A stretch of DNA of 64,000 nt from Eledone cirrhosa (Eukaryota), in assembly GCA_964016885.1 (NCBI GenBank), contig OZ024740.1:415276001-415340000 (forward strand), in the 5' to 3' direction. The notes beneath the pieces were generated by a model. That model made no database searches. It was not told the origin of the DNA and saw nothing but the letters and a program-made list of their open reading frames with translations. Positions within the stretch are counted from its first letter, which is position 1. Each line of letters opens with the position of its first letter. A program made the position numbers and the translations under genes. Of the stretch, positions 50,007-62,680 are shown piece after piece.

Positions 50007-51229
50007 GTGAAAGTAGCAATAATGGCCCGTGTAAGTGGGCCATCTCCCTATATCGGCTTGTACAGGTAAGAGAAGAAGGAAGCACCCCCCTCTCTCTGTG
50101 CTCCCTGGCAGAAAGGTCGCACACTTTCTACGGGGGGGAGGGGGTGACCCCAAAAGGCTAGTAAATCGCAAAAAAAAAACAAAAAACAAACAAACAAAAA
50201 AGGGGCAAATAAAGAAATCTATGCCCCAGTGGCAAATAAATCGCAAAAAAAAACAATAAATAAATCTATATTTCTTTTAACGGCTAAAAAAAGGGGAATG
50301 TAAATTTGTTGTATAGCCTCATACATTGAAGTAAGCAGCAACTACGGCAAGTAAGCGGCATTTAGGCCGCTAAAATTGGATATCGCCCCATCTCGCGTTG
50401 GAGGTGGAATTTATGTTTTTCCTGTGGTTTTTGATGTGTTTTGAACGAATCTGACTTTCAAAACCATCGGAAATTATTCTATTTAACGGGTGTATGGGAG
50501 GTGACTTTCGGAGTTCTTGGGTTTGGAGTATCACACCCGTCTCATTTTGGAGGTGATATTTATATTTTCCCTATTGCTTTTGATGTGTTTTGAACGAATA
50601 AACCCACCAAAAGTGTCAGAAATTATTCGTTTTTTAGTCAACTGAGAGAGAAGTGGTGACGATGTAAAGAACTTCGTTCTCAGCGGACCACCTCCCCCAA
50701 ACATCTCGAACGCCATAGCCTGGAGAAATAGTTTGTCGATAATTCCTAGTATTTCAGATTCATTTTAGATACTTTTGTTATTCTGCTGTCACTTTACTGT
50801 GAACCATTCGCTGAGTTTTATTCACACAGCAAATACTGGGATTCACACTAATAAAATTGATGAGACAAGATCAGTTACCAAATGTAGATTATAGGGCTTT
50901 GTACGCTACATAGGCGACGGATGAAGACGCATCCTTTCCCCTGTCTCATTTCTTCAATAAAATATAACAGATAATATAAAAAATTAAAATGTGTTTTGTA
51001 TTGTGAATTTTGTAATTTGCTTTGTAAAAATCATTTAATAAAACATTAAAATGTGTTTTGTGTAGTGTATTTGGCAGTCTTTTGTTTTAAGTATCATGAA
51101 AGTGATCAACAATAAGACTTGGTTATAAAATTTTATTTGTAAATGATATACCGTTTCTTTTTGGTTTAAGTATTCAATTTATTTATGATAAAAACTGTAC
51201 AAACATGATGTTATTTACAGTAACAATAA

Positions 51230-51660
51230 TAATTGTTTCTACTTTTTGCACAATTATCCCACTGGTACTTTATTTTATCGACCCCGTAAGGATGAAAGCC
51301 AAAGTTAACCTCGGCGGGATTTGAACTCAGATCATAAAGGGCCGTAACTGTTTGCTGCAAAGCATGGCGTCCAATAATAATAATTGTTTCTACTTTTGGC
51401 ACAAGGCCAAATTTCACCTGTGCATTACTGGTACTTTATTTTATCGACCCCGTAAAGATGAAAGGCAAAAATTAAAAAAAGTGAAACAAAAAGAAAGAAA
51501 GAATAGGGAAATGGTTTCTAGTTTAGGCACAAGGCCAACAATCTTTTGGGGGGTGGAGAAAGTCTATTAAATCGATCTCAGTTCGTTACTGGTACTTTAT
51601 TTTATCGACTCTATAAGGATGAAAGGCAAAGTTAACATCGACGGGATTTGAACTCAGAAC
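51230..51660 (-). mobile_element. Three partial SINE family A copies
   Basis: The core ctggtactttattttatcgac occurs three times. Confidence 0.75.
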
Positions 51661-53004
51661 GTAATTATAATGAAAGTTCTTTTTGTTTTTCCTCTGGGAT
51701 GTGTTCTTGTGCCTGTCACAGAGGAGTTTTTCCACTTTATTTCTCACTATAGTTCATATATTGCCAGGCACCTCCTGCACTATAATTGTTGGTGTGCCCA
51801 ACAGCAAACTGCTAAACCGTTCAATGTTAGATCATAGTTTGCACTTCGTTGACCCTAACCATGCAATAACAAAACACAATAGAAGTGACATGAAGCAGAA
51901 TAAAAGAAAATTATCGCGCACCGCTTACGTATCAATCTATTTTCAACATATTTACAGAAATGTTGCTAGGGCCGTTGTCACCAACAGAACGTGTTTAAGT
52001 ATTCTATAAAATGCACATGACATTATTAGCCGGCATAATCTAATTTTACATTCATTAATATCAATTATAACATTTACTGTCGATTGGTTTAATTTTCACG
52101 ACAGCTAAAAGGAGAAAATGCTGTGATTTTGTAATTTATGTTGTTAAAATTCTCCATTAATCAATACAAAGTGAAAATGTGTTTCATAATTCTTGAATCC
52201 AAAACCAAGGCACTAAATCTGAAACTAAATTAATGTGCTGATAGTGTAAAAAATATTAATATAAAAATGTTACAGTAGGTATAGCTACAGGAATTAAAAA
52301 ACATGCAGAAGTGGAATATTTTTCATTAGGTACATAATTTAAGTTGATACCGTGTTTATCAACATGCTTATTAATTCTAACACGAAAGTCATCTCTGACC
52401 ACATAATTTTGGTACCCTATGAAGCTGTTCATGTACCAAAGTAAGTCTTGCTCAACCATACAAAATTATTTAAAATGTTATTTAATAATTTTGAGTTTAT
52501 AGTTGGATCCGTTTTTATTTTTTAGATTTTCATGTAACGTTTATCACAATGACAACTGCCTCGTTTCTCTGTGGAAGAACTATTTTAACCGTTTAAAAAC
52601 ACACGAAGACTATTAACTTTACTTTATATGTATCATTTATTTTCTAGTGTCAACATGTTCAATGTAATCTGCGACCTGGACACTGACACAGTTCTACTGC
52701 AATGGTCTCAGTTCAATTTACTTGCCAGACAAGTCCAACTCCGAAATATCTTATTTTTTCTTTATCAAGAAAACTGATTTTCAGGCTGAATCGGGAGAGC
52801 ATTGACCAAATGCTTTGCAGTTGTGATCCCTTTGTTCTATGTTTGAATCTCACCGACATTGATCTTTTCTTTCTTTTGTAAAATATTTACCAGTTTAGTG
52901 CTAAAGGCGACAACACTACTAACTTTTCGTGGTCCAAGTTGCTTTCATTTTGTTCCGTTTCGGAGAATATGGCTGATGATTTTAATTGCTCATTTCTTTC
53001 ATTA

Positions 53005-53190
53005 TGGATTGGTAGTATCGGTAGAGGGTCGGACGCCATGCTTTGACGCATAGAGTTACGGCCCTTGCCATTCTGAGTTCAAATCCCGCCGAGGTTAACT
53101 TTGCCTTTCATCCTTACGGGGTCGATAAAATAAAGTACCAGTAATGAACTGGGTAATTGATGGCCTTGTGCCAAAAGTAGAAACAATTAT
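53005..53190 (+). mobile_element. SINE family A copy
   Basis: Near-identical to 3135-3323. Confidence 0.85.
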
Positions 53191-54395
53191 TTAAACAACA
53201 TTTCTTTTACTATTTTTTGTTTACAATATTACTGTTGAATTTAGTAACTCATATACAAACCTTTGAAGCATCATTTGACTTTTTGAAGTTAAAAAATGGA
53301 ATTCCTACACGTCACATGTTTCCTACAAATGATACCGGTCAAGCTATATGCTTCCAAGATATATATATTTCTCTTTCACGCGCCTGTTAAAAAGTTAGAT
53401 GGCCTTGAGCTATTTAGACAGATTTATGCGACAAGAGTTATTTAGAAAGAATGGGTCTGGTGTATTTGACTACATTTTACACTTCAAGACTGACAAGCAA
53501 GAGAGTGGGGAAGATATTTCCAAACCTGAGACCCGGCCTGGATACTTGCAACAGATTGGTCTCTACTAAAGCCACTCAAGGACCAGGTGGGGGTGTTAAA
53601 CTGGGTGACTGATTAAGTCTACCACTCACGTAAGCCACAACAGCATTTGAACGCAGAATTCAAAGCGTTTGAACAGATACTGCAAGTCGAATTGTCTGAC
53701 ACTAACAATTCTGTCAACCGACTGCCCTCGACTGGTACTATATTTTATTAATCCCAAACAGTTAAAAGGCAGAATTAATAACTTTTCATAAAAAGCCAGT
53801 AGTGCTTATTCAACACATCTATTCTGAACCTAGTTACATAGCATTGTTTCTCATCGTTAGAAATAAACTAATGACCAATGATGCTATCGTTCACCAATTG
53901 CAATATAAAATCTCAAAATACTAATAAAACAAAAGTGATTGTATATCTTCACCATAATAGTTTGACTAAATAATATAGTCAGCATACACGTACACCAGGT
54001 CCGAACACAGAGGAGATGAAATCCCACTGTCATAACCCCCACACACACCATCTCTCTTTAATTCTAATATATTTCATTGTCATCAAATAAAATAAGTAAC
54101 TTTAACTCTGTATGCTAAAGATCGAGTTGCGTCCCTTGCACTAACGTCGTGTGTGTTTATCCTACTGTTAGATCCAAGCAGAATTAACACTATTTTTACA
54201 TCTCTAGTCCAGTCTTCAACAATGTACGGATGAACCATTGTCTATAATATATATATCTATATATGTGTGTGTGTGTGTATGGTTTCTTGGGTATACTAAC
54301 AATAGACCTATCAGGAAAAACACAACGCGTCGCCCGCTCGATATATCAAACTCTCGATTGTATGGTTGTAAGTTCAGCTTAACCACTGGCCCATG

Positions 54396-54438
<43 letters not shown>

Positions 54439-54488
54439 TAATAAAATAATGAATAAACAAAGAAACAGTTCCTTATATTAAAAAAAAT

Positions 54489-54632
54489 TCATCATTTTAC
54501 GATCGTTTCTAGGATATATATGTGTGTTAGAGTTGGTATGCATATTCTAAAGATCTATGTACAATATTTATACAAACTATCAGAGGGAATATTCATACCT
54601 ACCCATATATATGCTGTCTTCAGAAATAATGA
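54489..54632 (-). ncRNA. Type I hammerhead ribozyme motif with long stem II (mirror of 58698-58841)
   Basis: Reverse complement reads ucauuauuu CUGAAGA ... GAAA C(GAUC)G UA aaaugauga. Confidence 0.65.
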
Positions 54633-55397
54633 TATTTGTTTATTGAAAAAAACAAAGATTCAATACAATGGGTCTGTTTGGGAACAGGTTTTGAATTGAC
54701 CAATAGAGAGATAGTGAGGGTCAAGATAGTAATATAGTAGTAGAAGGTAGATTTCAGTTTTGGATGGAAAAGAATATTATGAATGAAGGATTATTTTAGG
54801 GAAGAAATAGGTCTTATGCTGACCTCAGAAATAATTTTATTTGTTCATTGAATAAAACCAACAAAGATCTAATATATTCTGTCTGTTTGGTAAGAGGTTT
54901 AGAATTAACCAATAGAAAGTTAATAATTGGCCAAATGGTAAAATAGTAGTAATTGAAGCTTATTTTAGGAGTGAAAATAGGTCAGGTGGTCAGTAAAAGG
55001 TATACAAGCAGTTGCTGTTATAAAATAGTAATGCCAATACAAATATCTAAGGTGACTAAAGTTTTACGATAAGAATGTTAGTGAAAAAAATACATCTATG
55101 AAAAGAATATAAATTAATTTAATTGATGGGTATATTTATATTGATAAAATTATACTAATACATATAGATATGATAAATAAGAGTTAGATGCAGTTGAAAA
55201 GTGCTGTTAAAGATGAGGGGAAATTAAAAGAATATAAAAATAATATATATATATACTTATATATATTAATAGTAATAATAATAAAATTGAAGACTAAAAT
55301 CCAGAGAGGGCTCGATAAGGAAAATATATATCAAATATATAATAAATATACTTATATATATATATATATATACATATACACACACACATATACACAC

Positions 55398-55430
<33 letters not shown>

Positions 55431-55838
55431 TGCATATATACATACATATATATATATACACACATACACACTTACATATACATATAATTATTAGGGGGTG
55501 GGGATTAAATTTATTAGTGAGAAATAATAAATATATATAGTTTTCAAGGAACATAGAGTCATAACCTGATGTTAAAGCATTATATATGTTTACTTAATGA
55601 TATCAGTTTTAGGAAATGATAGTTGTAAGAAGGAAAGCAAAATTATGTAGTTCATCAGTAGTAGAGTATTAATTATAGGTTAACTAAATTAAAAATAGTT
55701 TATATATTAATTTCTAAAGTGTATATTAATTAGGTTTATAATATTTAAAGCAGAATTATGTAGTTCATCAGTAGTAGAATATTAATTATAGGTTAACTAA
55801 ATTAAAAATAGTTTATATATTAATTTCTAAAGTGTATA

Positions 55839-57197
55839 TTAATTAGGTTTATAATATTTAAAGGTTTTTCTCAGTTTACGATTACACGATATTATTAATT
55901 CCTGTCGCTTATTTAATAGGATATCCTTAGATTTCATTATTTCAAAAAGTTCTTGGGAACATAATCTACATTCATATCTACTATTTTGATAAGGGGTGGC
56001 CCTTTTGAGCACACTCCAGGTCAGGTCATAATCTATATTCCTCTTTCTATAACTATTAATTATTTCAGCTAGGGATGTATTAGCTGGTGCGACATTTTTA
56101 AAACTATGTTTGTGGGTATTAAATCTTACCTTAAATTTGTTAGAGGTAGCTCCTATATATGAATAAATTGAGTCCTTAGTGTTAACTTTACATTTATATA
56201 CTATGTTATTAACAAGGCAATTTCCTTTTAATGGACAGTTTGCCTTGTTTCTACAGTTACAACTTTTCGTGAATCCTGTATCTGAGGAGATATTATGGTT
56301 AGTTTGATGTACTGGTGGTATACTCATGGTTTTTTTACATTTATATGCATTATAGGCACTTATATTTTGTTTTATGTTTTTGGTTGTTGAGTAGGAGAAT
56401 TTAACCGTTGATCTATTTAAGATTTGATGGTATTTGTGGTTTGGCGGGAAGTTTTTCTCTAGGATATTAAAGAATTTTTTAGGTATATTATCCTTAATTT
56501 GTAAATTAAATGGAGCATTATACCAAGTAACTCGTCTATTACGGTTTCGATGTTGTTTATTGTTTTTATAGGATGCATCCTGATGTTTATTAAGAGAATT
56601 ATTGTTAATGACCTCACCACACACATTTTTAGTTAGATTTATTGATTTAGGTGTTTTAGCTTGTTTATTAGGAGTTTTATTATTAACATTTATTAGAGTT
56701 GTAGGATGAGTAGTTTTTTGAGAGTTACTATACTGTATATTAGAAGAGTTAGAGAAATTTGGTTTTATGTTGGTGTTTTGGGGTATAGTGTGAGTGGCAT
56801 TTAGGTGTGTATGTTTCATTTGGTGTTTGTTGGTAATATTAGGTTGTATGTTTGTAGTGTTATTGGTAGAAGGTATATATACTAATCTATTTTTGTGGCC
56901 ACTTCTAGCTAGAGCTTCGTTATAAAAGGTCGCATTTTTATCAAATACATCTTGGTTAGACGAAAGGTTAGAAATTCTAAGTGATATATTATATGCAAGG
57001 TTTTTAAGGATAGATTTAGGGTGATTAGATTGTGAGTATATGTAGTGTAAATTTTGGTTGGGTTTATGGTAAGGTTGGTAGATACCCGTAGATAAGTCTA
57101 ATGTTATATCTAGGAGATTAACTACTTTACTTGTGTTTTCAAATGTAATATCTAGACTATAATAGTCTTTAAGGAAAGTTCTAATAAGCTTTTTATT
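55839..57197 (-). CDS. Penelope-like RT C-terminus plus GIY-YIG endonuclease (partial)
   Basis: VNLLDITLDL, PYHKPN, SNHP, CNCRNKANCPLKGNC (CxCx5Cx5C), IVYKC...YIGAT...FKVRFNTH, CRLCSQE, LNKRQE. Confidence 0.88.
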   Translation of the reverse strand, partial: NKKLIRTFLKDYYSLDITFENTSKVVNLLDITLDLSTGIYQPYHKPNQNLHYIYSQSNHPKSILKNLAYNISLRISNLSSNQDVFDKNATFYNEALARSGHKNRLVYIPSTNNTTNIQPNITNKHQMKHTHLNATHTIPQNTNIKPNFSNSSNIQYSNSQKTTHPTTLINVNNKTPNKQAKTPKSINLTKNVCGEVINNNSLNKHQDASYKNNKQHRNRNRRVTWYNAPFNLQIKDNIPKKFFNILEKNFPPNHKYHQILNRSTVKFSYSTTKNIKQNISAYNAYKCKKTMSIPPVHQTNHNISSDTGFTKSCNCRNKANCPLKGNCLVNNIVYKCKVNTKDSIYSYIGATSNKFKVRFNTHKHSFKNVAPANTSLAEIINSYRKRNIDYDLTWSVLKRATPYQNSRYECRLCSQELFEIMKSKDILLNKRQELIISCNRKLRKTFKYYKPN

Positions 57198-57203
57198 AAA
57201 AGG

Positions 57204-57910
57204 AAACTGTCCATTAAAAGGAAATTGCCTTGTTAATAACATAGTATATAAATGTAAAGTTAACACTAAGGACTCAATTTATTCATATATAGGAGCTACC
57301 TCTAACAAATTTAAGGTAAGATTTAATACCCACAAACATGGTTTTAAAAATGCCGCACTAGCTAATACAACATCTCTAGCTGAAATAATTAATAGTTATA
57401 GAAAGAGGAATATAGATTATGACCTGACCTGGAGTGTGCTCAAAAAGGCCACTCCTTATCAAAATAGTAGATATGAATGTAGATTATGTTCCTAAGAACT
57501 TTTTGAAATAATGAAATCTAAGGATATCCTATTAAATAAGCGACAGGAATTAATAATATCGTGTAATCATAAACTGAGAAAAACCTTTAAATATTATAAA
57601 CCTAATTAATATACACTTTAGAAATTAATATATAAACTATTTTTAATTTAGTTAACCTATAATTAATATTCTACTACTGATGAACTTCATAATTTTGCTT
57701 TCCTTCTTACAACTATCATTTCCTAAAACTGATATCATTAAGTAAACATATATAATGCTTTAACATCAGGTTATGACTCTATGTTCCTTGAAAACTATAT
57801 ATATTTATTATTTCTCACTAATAAATTTAATTCCCCCCCCCCAATAATTATATGTATATGTAAGTGTGTATGTGTGTATATATATATATATGTATGTATG
57901 TATATATGCA

Positions 57911-57965
<55 letters not shown>

Positions 57966-58008
57966 ATATATATATATATATATGTGTGTATATGTGTGTG
58001 TGTATGTG

Positions 58009-58048
<40 letters not shown>

Positions 58049-59028
58049 AGTATATATATATATTATTTTTATATTCTTTTAATTGCCCCTCATCTTTAAC
58101 AGCACTTTTCAACTGCATCTAACTCTTATTTATCATATCTATATGTATTAGTATAATTTTATCAATATAAATATACCCATCAATTAAATTAATTTTATTC
58201 TTTTCATAGATGTATTTTTTTCACTAACATTCTTATCGTAAAACTTTAGTCACCTTAGATATTTGTATTGGCATTACTATTTTATAACAGCAACTGCTTG
58301 TATACCTTTTACTGACCGCCTGACCTATTTTCACCCCTAAAATAAGCTTCAATTACTACTATTTTACCATTTGGCCAATTATTAACTTTCTATTGGTTAA
58401 TTCTAAACCTCTTACCAAACAGACAGAATATATTAGATCTTTGTTGGTTTTATTCAATGAACAAATAAAATTATTTCTGAGGTCAGCATAAGACCTATTT
58501 CTTCCCTAAAATAATCCTTCATTCATAATATTCTTTTCCATCCAAAACTGAAATCTACCTTCCTCTACCCATAATTTAAGGTTCTTCTACTACTATATTA
58601 CTATCTTGACCCTCACTATCTCTCTATTGGTCAATTCAAAACCTGTTCCCAAACAGACCCATTGTATTGAATCTTTGTTTTTTTCAATAAACAAATATCA
58701 TTATTTCTGAAGACAGCATATATATGTGTAGGTATGTATATTCCCTCTGATAGTTTGTATAAATATTGTACATAGATCTTTAGAATATGCATACCAACTC
58801 TAACACACATATATATCCTAGAAACGATCGTAAAATGATGAATTTTTTTTAATATAAGGAACTGTTTCTTTGTTTATTCATTATTTTATTAATTTATCTT
58901 GACTCTGTTTTCCGTTTATTTTTCACCGAAAGTAGTTTTTGAATGCATCTTCTCTTTTCATGATATCCGGATTAGATTGAGTTCTTCATACGGATTGAAC
59001 ACTACCGTAAACTTTTGGTAGATTTATC
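57204..59028 (+). mobile_element. Penelope-like element 2, inverted arm
   Basis: 57204-58897 is the reverse complement of 54435-56241 with small indels and a stop codon; about 130 nt of extra 3' sequence precedes (TA)n. Confidence 0.88.
58698..58841 (+). ncRNA. Type I hammerhead ribozyme motif with long stem II
   Basis: 9-bp stem I ucauuauuu/aaaugauga; CUGAAGA at 58707-58713; stem II includes auauauaugugu/acacauauauau and gguauguauauuc/gaauaugcauacc; GAAA at 58821; palindromic loop GAUC; predicted GUA cleavage after 58832. The base pair closing stem II is a C-A mismatch. Confidence 0.68.
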
Positions 59029-59094
59029 TATATATATATATATATATATATATAATTGTTTTACGCCGGCTTTTTCATTCTTTCATAAGTAACA

Positions 59095-59290
59095 TATATC
59101 GGTCGCACTCCGTAGCAGTGGAGACTTCTGGTGTCCTTGGCCCTAGGACCTCCTCCCTACTCACCACCATGGAGTTGGCTACCCGCAGGTGACAGCCTCG
59201 CGAGCTGGAATGGCTCTTCCAACGCGTCTCTCTCATCATCCACCGGGGAAACACCTCTATTCTGTCCGCCAGCGCATGGGCTCCCATTTG
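59095..59290 (+). mobile_element. CRE-clade 3' fragment, same family as 31347-32315
   Basis: VAVETSGVLGPRTSSLLTT...ELEWLFQRVSLIIHRGN. Confidence 0.7.
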
Positions 59291-60570
59291 TTTATAATAA
59301 TGAGAACTGGAGAGATTGAGAGAGACGGGGGCAGTGAATGAAAAAGAGAAGCAGTGAGTGAAAGAGAGGAGAGAGAGAACATCAACGCCCACACACATTT
59401 TTCAGTTCGAGTATTTTGACTGAATTATTAGTAACAAGTTATCAACTATTTTTAGAAACTACGTCTGTTGAAGTTTCTAACTTTATGTTAGTTTTCAATA
59501 AATTTATATCCTCTCAACGATCCTATAAATAGATCATTGTTTACATTTTAGTTGATTGATAAGACTTCAAAATAATGGAAAACTTCGTTATCCTCGCTTT
59601 GTTGTATCTGATAGTACGTCTGTCATAAGGCAGATGTGAGTTCGAATCCCATGGCCGGCGCTGTCAACTTATTTCCGTCAAGGGAATTTTATTCTCAATT
59701 TGTTATGCTTAATTTGTTTCATAGTTAAAAAAAAAAAAAACGTGTGTTAAAGCTTCTAACTATAGGTTAAATCCCTCCCTCTATATATAGGGGAAAGTTG
59801 TAGTTTGCTTGAAGCATTGTGTATGGTATAGATAAATGGGGAATTTGAATGCAAAGACGCCTTCAAACTTCACATTTCTCTCTCTCTCTATATATATATA
59901 TATATAGTAAAATAAAACAAGGACGATAGGTTACTACTTCATTACGTTCCTTGGTTGGTGACGCGCGTTACACACCCTGGATATATATATATATATATAT
60001 ATAATCGCCATTTTTCATTCATATATGCTTTCCTCTTTGCTGTGACCTGTCTTTTTCTCTTCCCTTACTGCTATCCTCTTTCTCTCTCTCCTCTCCCTCT
60101 TACTTTCACTCACCCCCTCTGCTAGTCATCCTCTCTCGGCTAGCCTCTTCCTCACACTTTCACTCACTCACTCTCTGCTACTCACTCTCTTCTCACTTCC
60201 TCTATCGTCCCACACCGTACGAGATTCTTTTCCTTGCTCACATCCGCAAGGCCAAGATGTGTCTTTCGTCTTCTCGTCAATATTCGTACGTTCTTATGTT
60301 CGAAATGAATCATTGACTTGATTTTCTCATTTTTTCCTCTCTTTACGTTGCCTCACCATTCGTGTTTGTTTACATGTCTCTCTTTCTCCACCCAATTCTT
60401 TTTATCCCAATAACTTATTTTAGTTATTGTATCGCCCCAGCTGGAGGTATATGGTCTGTAATGCGAAGAAATACCTATGATGGCTAGTAGACCACTGATG
60501 ACGGATATCCTAACTTCTATTTCTAACTCTTCATTTATTATACTTAATTGCAAAAACACAGCTTGCCATT

Positions 60571-60606
<36 letters not shown>

Positions 60607-60609
60607 TGA

Positions 60610-62680
60610 AATGTAATTTTGGTTTGTGCCAGGTAAAAGTACCACAGATGCTCTCTTTCTCGTACAACAACTACAGGAGAAGTACCTAGCTAAAAGTAAA
60701 CCCGTCTACTTAGCTTTTGTTGACTTGGAGAAAGCCTTTGAGAGAGTCCCCCGCTCCATTATCTGGTGGGCCCTTAGAAAACTAGTAGATGAATGACTTG
60801 TGAGAGCTATACAAGCCATGTATAAAGAAACAGTCAGCAAGATTAGAATTAACAATGAATATAGTGAAGAATTTAGCGTAAAAGTAGGTGTTCATCAAGG
60901 CTCTGTCCTTAGCCCCCTTCTGTTTATTATTGCCCTAAAGACTATTACAGAAGAGTTTAAGACCGGCTGCTCATAGGAACCTCTATATGCAGATGATCTA
61001 ACTCTCATAACTGAAATATGGCTAAACTAGAGAAGAAAATCCAAACATGGAAGCATTGCCTAGAATCAAAAAGTCTTAAAGTTAACTTGTCTAAGACTAA
61101 AGTTCTAGTATGTTGAAAGGAAAATAGGGCACAGATACCCTCTGGGAAATGGCCATGCTCAGTGTGTAGGAAAGGAGTAGGTAGAAATTCCATTCTATGC
61201 CCCAAATGCAAACTATGGGTACCTAAAAGATGTAGTGGATCACAGGCAAGCTATCTAAGAATGTAGATTTTATATGTGGCCAATGCTCAGGTGCAATAAG
61301 TGGCAAGTGCCCACAGGATACTAGCTCCTTCAACTACCCAGATGGTTCTATAGAAATAGTAGACACTTTCCGTTCCCTGGGTGACAAAATCAGCAGTGGA
61401 GTAGGGTGTTCTGAAAGTACAGTAGCCAGAGTTAGAATGGGATGGAAAAAGTTCAGAGAGCTTATACCGCTGTTGGTCACAAAAGGTTTCTCTCTAAAAA
61501 TGAAAGGCAGATTGTATGATGCCTGTATACGAACAGTAATGTTACATGGCAGTGCGACCTGGGCATTGTGTGCAGAGGACCTGTGCAGATTGGAAAGGAA
61601 TGAAGCATGCATGCTCCGTTGGATGTGTAATAGTAACATACACGAACAGCAAAACATAAGTAAACTAAGTGAGAAATTAGGAATAGGAGGGATCAGATGC
61701 TGTTTACTTGAGAGGAGATTGCATTGGTATGGTCACGTGATGCATATGAAAAATGACAGCTGTATAAAAATGTGCAGAGGGATCAAACAGAGTAGATAGA
61801 CCCAGATAAACCTGGGACAACATGATAAAATCTGACCTTGCACACTTGCACCTCGTTAAGATAATGTCACTGGCTTGAGACCTTTGGCGCTACACAGTAA
61901 TACAGAAGACCCACCTTCCCCTACGTACAAAGTTAAACCTACAGTCAGTAGGCACATCATCATCATCATCATCAACGTTTAACGTCCGTGTTCCACGCTT
62001 GCATGGGTTTGGACGGGGGTTTTCCCACTTGAGGCAAGAGTGATTATCTTGCTCGCATAGGATTGTCTGGCGGGTTTTCTACAGCTGGATGCCCTTCCTA
62101 ACACCAACCACATTTACAGTGTGGGACTGGGAGGTTTTTACTGTGTTGCCTACACGGCCACATTACAGCGTGAACTGTGTGTTTTTTTGTCGTGACACCT
62201 ACACGATCTCATTTGTTTCGGCCTGGATGTTGTGGCACCAACATAACTTTACATTGAAAGGGGTGGTGTGGATGGGGTGGGGGTGGTGGGACGGGGGTGT
62301 ATTTTGTTAGAGATGCCTTTAACCAAATATACACCCCAACCCACTACCCCTACTCCATCCTTCCACTTCCACCCACACCACCCTCACTCTGTAAAGTTAT
62401 GTTGGTACCACAGAACATCCAGTCCACACTAAAGTGGTTGTGTAGGTGTCATGACAAAAAGCACCCGGTCCACGCTGTAAAGTGATCGTGGAGGTAACAC
62501 GGTAAAAACCTCCCAGTCCACACTGTAAACATGGTTGGTGTTAGGAAGGGCATCCAACCGTAGAAAACCTGCCAGATACAGTTCTATACAAGCGATCAAT
62601 CTTTGCCTCAAGTGGGACAATTCCCATCTAACCCATGCTAGCATGGAAGATAGATGTTAAACGATGATGATGATGATGAT
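60610..62680 (+). mobile_element. Decayed RTE LINE, relative of 26903-29256
   Basis: Colinear with about 27540-29256, with many stops and indels; (GAT)n tail at about 62663-62680. Confidence 0.85.
61955..62318 (-). mobile_element. Young RTE 3' UTR inserted antisense into the older RTE
   Basis: Near-identical to the reverse complement of about 28888-29250; (CAT)n tail at 61955. Confidence 0.8.

Larger units (their letters stand above)
48784..50386. repeat. Inverted duplication (48784-49224 / 49713-50386) built mostly from a Tx1/L1 3' end
   Basis: The arms are reverse complements once the SINE in the right arm is removed; the peptide FFRYHFERRIKV...FHERWVKVA is homologous to that in 23656-24310. 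Confidence 0.8.
54435..57203 (-). mobile_element. Penelope-like element 2 (distinct family), 5'-truncated main copy
   Basis: RT thumb, linker and GIY-YIG ORF; 3' region with a hammerhead motif; ends at (TA)n; internal tandem duplication of about 113 bp near 55640-55860. Confidence 0.88.

Noticed and set aside
57677-57720. CTGATGA motifs here and at 60495 as additional hammerheads
   Set aside because: No correctly placed GAAA, stem III or stem I.
59605-59660. tRNA gene (gttcgaatccc B-box)
   Set aside because: No convincing cloverleaf; probably a decayed SINE head. The same applies to the family A and B SINE heads.
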